Virus record (IMG/VR): IMGVR_UViG_3300047383_000085
Coordinates: 1-34,201 of that record
DNA from: a virus
Direction: 5' to 3' (one strand)
Length of the DNA stretch: 34,201 bases
In this document: piece after piece, positions 32,445-34,201 of the stretch
How positions within the stretch are numbered: the first letter of the stretch is position 1
Layout: every line of letters begins with the position of its first letter
Position numbers and translations under genes: made by a program
The notes under the pieces: generated by a model
Database searches by the model: none
What the model saw: the letters and a program-made list of their open reading frames with translations, nothing else
Told to the model about the DNA's origin: nothing

Positions 32445-33159
32445 CCCCTCATCCTCAGATCGCTGGTTTAAATGCCCAGCGAGCGCGTACCTAAACTATT
32501 CAGCAGAATACAAGGTAGGCATCCCTGCGGCTACAGGAACACTCATCCATGAGATGTGCGAGATGCTATTAAAAGGCAGGCTCAAGGATATGACCTTGCG
32601 TGACTATTGGTTAGGTAAAGTTCAGGTGGTCGAAGACTTCGAGATAGAGGTTGATGAGGATATGATTGCGTGCGCGGAAACTTATGTAGAGTACATACAT
32701 AAAAGAAAGGAAGAACTCAACGCCAAGATGTTGATAGAAGAAAAAGTTTACATGGATGAGATATCAACAAAGTGTTTTGGTACTGCTGACACAATTTTAA
32801 TTGGTGAAGATCGCATCGCTGTTATAGATTTAAAGTCTGGTAAGTGGGGTGTCGATGTCGAAAGAAATAAGCAGTTGATGATTTATGGTCTGGGTGCGCT
32901 CGCGCGGTATGGGGATGAGAACACCACCATGGAGCTTAGTATTGTACAACCACGCGGTTGGCATAAAGATGGCCCTATAAGAACATACGAGATTTCAGCT
33001 ACCAATCTGGTTGATTGGGGCTACAACGATTTGAAACAAGCAACTGATGCTTGTGACGAAGAAAACCCACAATATGCTGCGGGAGATCATTGCAGATTTT
33101 GTAATGCTAAAGCAGATTGTGATACTTATAAAACTACTCTTGGAGAGAAATATGGTTAA
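32425..33159 (+). CDS. Cas4/RecB-like PD-(D/E)XK exonuclease (DUF2800-like)
   Basis: The N-terminus HAIFSPSSSDRWFKCPAS is a DUF2800 signature. Also GTADTILI...VIDLKSGK (D...D-x-K) and a C-terminal CRFCNAKADC, which with the N-terminal Cys gives a Cas4-type 4-Cys cluster. Confidence 0.8.
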   Translation: MAHAIFSPSSSDRWFKCPASAYLNYSAEYKVGIPAATGTLIHEMCEMLLKGRLKDMTLRDYWLGKVQVVEDFEIEVDEDMIACAETYVEYIHKRKEELNAKMLIEEKVYMDEISTKCFGTADTILIGEDRIAVIDLKSGKWGVDVERNKQLMIYGLGALARYGDENTTMELSIVQPRGWHKDGPIRTYEISATNLVDWGYNDLKQATDACDEENPQYAAGDHCRFCNAKADCDTYKTTLGEKYG

Positions 33160-33373
33160 ACCAAAGAAAGAACCTGTCTTGTCTTACAACATAGACGATA
33201 AGGAATATACCCTATATGAAGAGGATATAACTCCGACTATAGAACCCTTGTATCAAAAAGTGTCAGCTACACTTAGATTACAAGCTACTAACGATGCTTT
33301 TTTTAATAGCATTGTTGATGAAAAAATTAACGCACTACATCATCTAGTGCATAACACTAAGGGAGGTGTGTAA
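33152..33373 (+). CDS. Hypothetical 73-aa protein
   Basis: ATG at 33152 is preceded by GGAGAG. The longer tracked ORF would lie inside the exonuclease gene. TAATG junction downstream. Confidence 0.55.
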   Translation: MVKPKKEPVLSYNIDDKEYTLYEEDITPTIEPLYQKVSATLRLQATNDAFFNSIVDEKINALHHLVHNTKGGV

Positions 33374-34101
33374 TGTCATTAGCTGCAATTCAAAAGAAAG
33401 GTAAAGTAAAACCACCAAGGCTTATATGTTATGGCCCAGGCGGTATTGGTAAAACATCATTTGCCGCAAGCATGGATAAATGTGTAATCGTACAATCTGA
33501 AGATGGTATCGGAAAGATTGAGTGCGATCACTTTCCAGTAGCCAAAAGTTATGAAGAGTTTATGAGCAATCTAACTTCTTTATTGACAGAAGATCACGAA
33601 TTTCGTGTTGCCTGTATTGATTCGTTAGACTGGCTAGAAACTTTGTTATGGGATCATGTCTGCAAAGAAAATGGTTGGGCGCAAATAGATACACCTGCAT
33701 ATGGTAAAGGCTATGTTGCAGCTCTTGATAAGTGGAAAGAGTATGTTGAGGTTCTTAACAGACTCAGGGATGAAAAATCTATGACTGTGATACAGATTGC
33801 ACACAATCAGATTCGCAGATATGAAGACCCATCTAATGATCCACATGATCGACATGAAATTAAACTACATCGTAAAGCTGCTGACTTATTGGTAGAACAT
33901 AGCGATGCAGTCTTTTTTGCCAACTACAAAGTTGGAACTGTACAAGTCAAAGGCAAGATGGGTATGACTACCAAGACTGTTGCTGGAGACAGAACTATTT
34001 TTACTGAGCAAGCACCTGGTTATATGGCCAAGAATAGATATGGCTTGCCTAGTGAGATGCCTTTTGAGTGGGCAACCATAAGAGAGGAAATGTTGAAATG
34101 A
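33373..34101 (+). CDS. Sak4-like RecA-fold ATPase (AAA_24 family-like)
   Basis: Walker A RLICYGPGGIGKTS, Walker B-like RVACIDSLD and TVIQIAHNQ. 242 aa, in the typical position between the exonuclease and SSB. Confidence 0.75.
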   Translation: MSLAAIQKKGKVKPPRLICYGPGGIGKTSFAASMDKCVIVQSEDGIGKIECDHFPVAKSYEEFMSNLTSLLTEDHEFRVACIDSLDWLETLLWDHVCKENGWAQIDTPAYGKGYVAALDKWKEYVEVLNRLRDEKSMTVIQIAHNQIRRYEDPSNDPHDRHEIKLHRKAADLLVEHSDAVFFANYKVGTVQVKGKMGMTTKTVAGDRTIFTEQAPGYMAKNRYGLPSEMPFEWATIREEMLK

Positions 34102-34201
34102 GCCGATTAGGAGAAGTTGAAAGAGTAAAGAGAACCTTAAAACTGTTTGATATGATCTTGAATAAACACATAGATTCTATCAATCCAGAGGACAACTCTT
34201 T
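34075..34201. repeat. Terminal overlap copy 2, identical to 1..127
   Basis: Direct comparison of the two window ends. The unique genome length is therefore 34,074 bp. Confidence 0.95.

Overview
The window is a complete tailed dsDNA phage genome. Bases 1-127 are identical to 34075-34201, so the unique unit is 34,074 bp, assembled as circular or circularly permuted.

Layout:
- **Replication/recombination module**, wrapping the contig ends (32241..34101, then 24..4416): Xis-like HTH, Cas4/DUF2800-like exonuclease, Sak4-like ATPase, SSB-like protein, Toprim primase fused to a RepA/DnaB-like helicase, a run of tiny ORFs, an iteron-like non-coding region and a GC-rich winged-helix protein.
- **Leftward operon** of 14 tiny, translationally coupled genes (4474..7197, minus strand).
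- **Long rightward late block** (7363..31624): TerS-like protein, a 264-bp GC-rich non-coding spacer, TerL, portal, four hyper-basic small proteins, a ParB-like gene flanked by 32-bp repeats, an Hjc-like nuclease, a lysis cassette lying inside the head module, a Pro-rich repeat protein, scaffold, SU10-type major capsid, adaptor, tail fibres, large internal or ejection-type proteins and a PD-(D/E)XK homing-endonuclease-like gene.
- **A two-gene leftward pair** (31621..32149).

I found no DNA or RNA polymerase, integrase, tRNA or CRISPR array. The gene set suggests a podovirus-like marine phage, possibly with an alphaproteobacterial host (GTA-type 3TM holin, LamG/SPRY fibre genes), but that is inference only.

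Best candidates for new biology:
1. The portal-proximal cassette at 12.2-13.9 kb: basic proteins, a repeat-bracketed ParB-like gene and a resolvase-like nuclease.
2. The structured GC-rich TerS-TerL spacer with phased T-tracts.
3. The iteron plus winged-helix candidate origin.
4. The early leftward operon, rich in acidic and zinc-ribbon miniproteins.

All functional calls come from motif recognition by eye. No database search was run.
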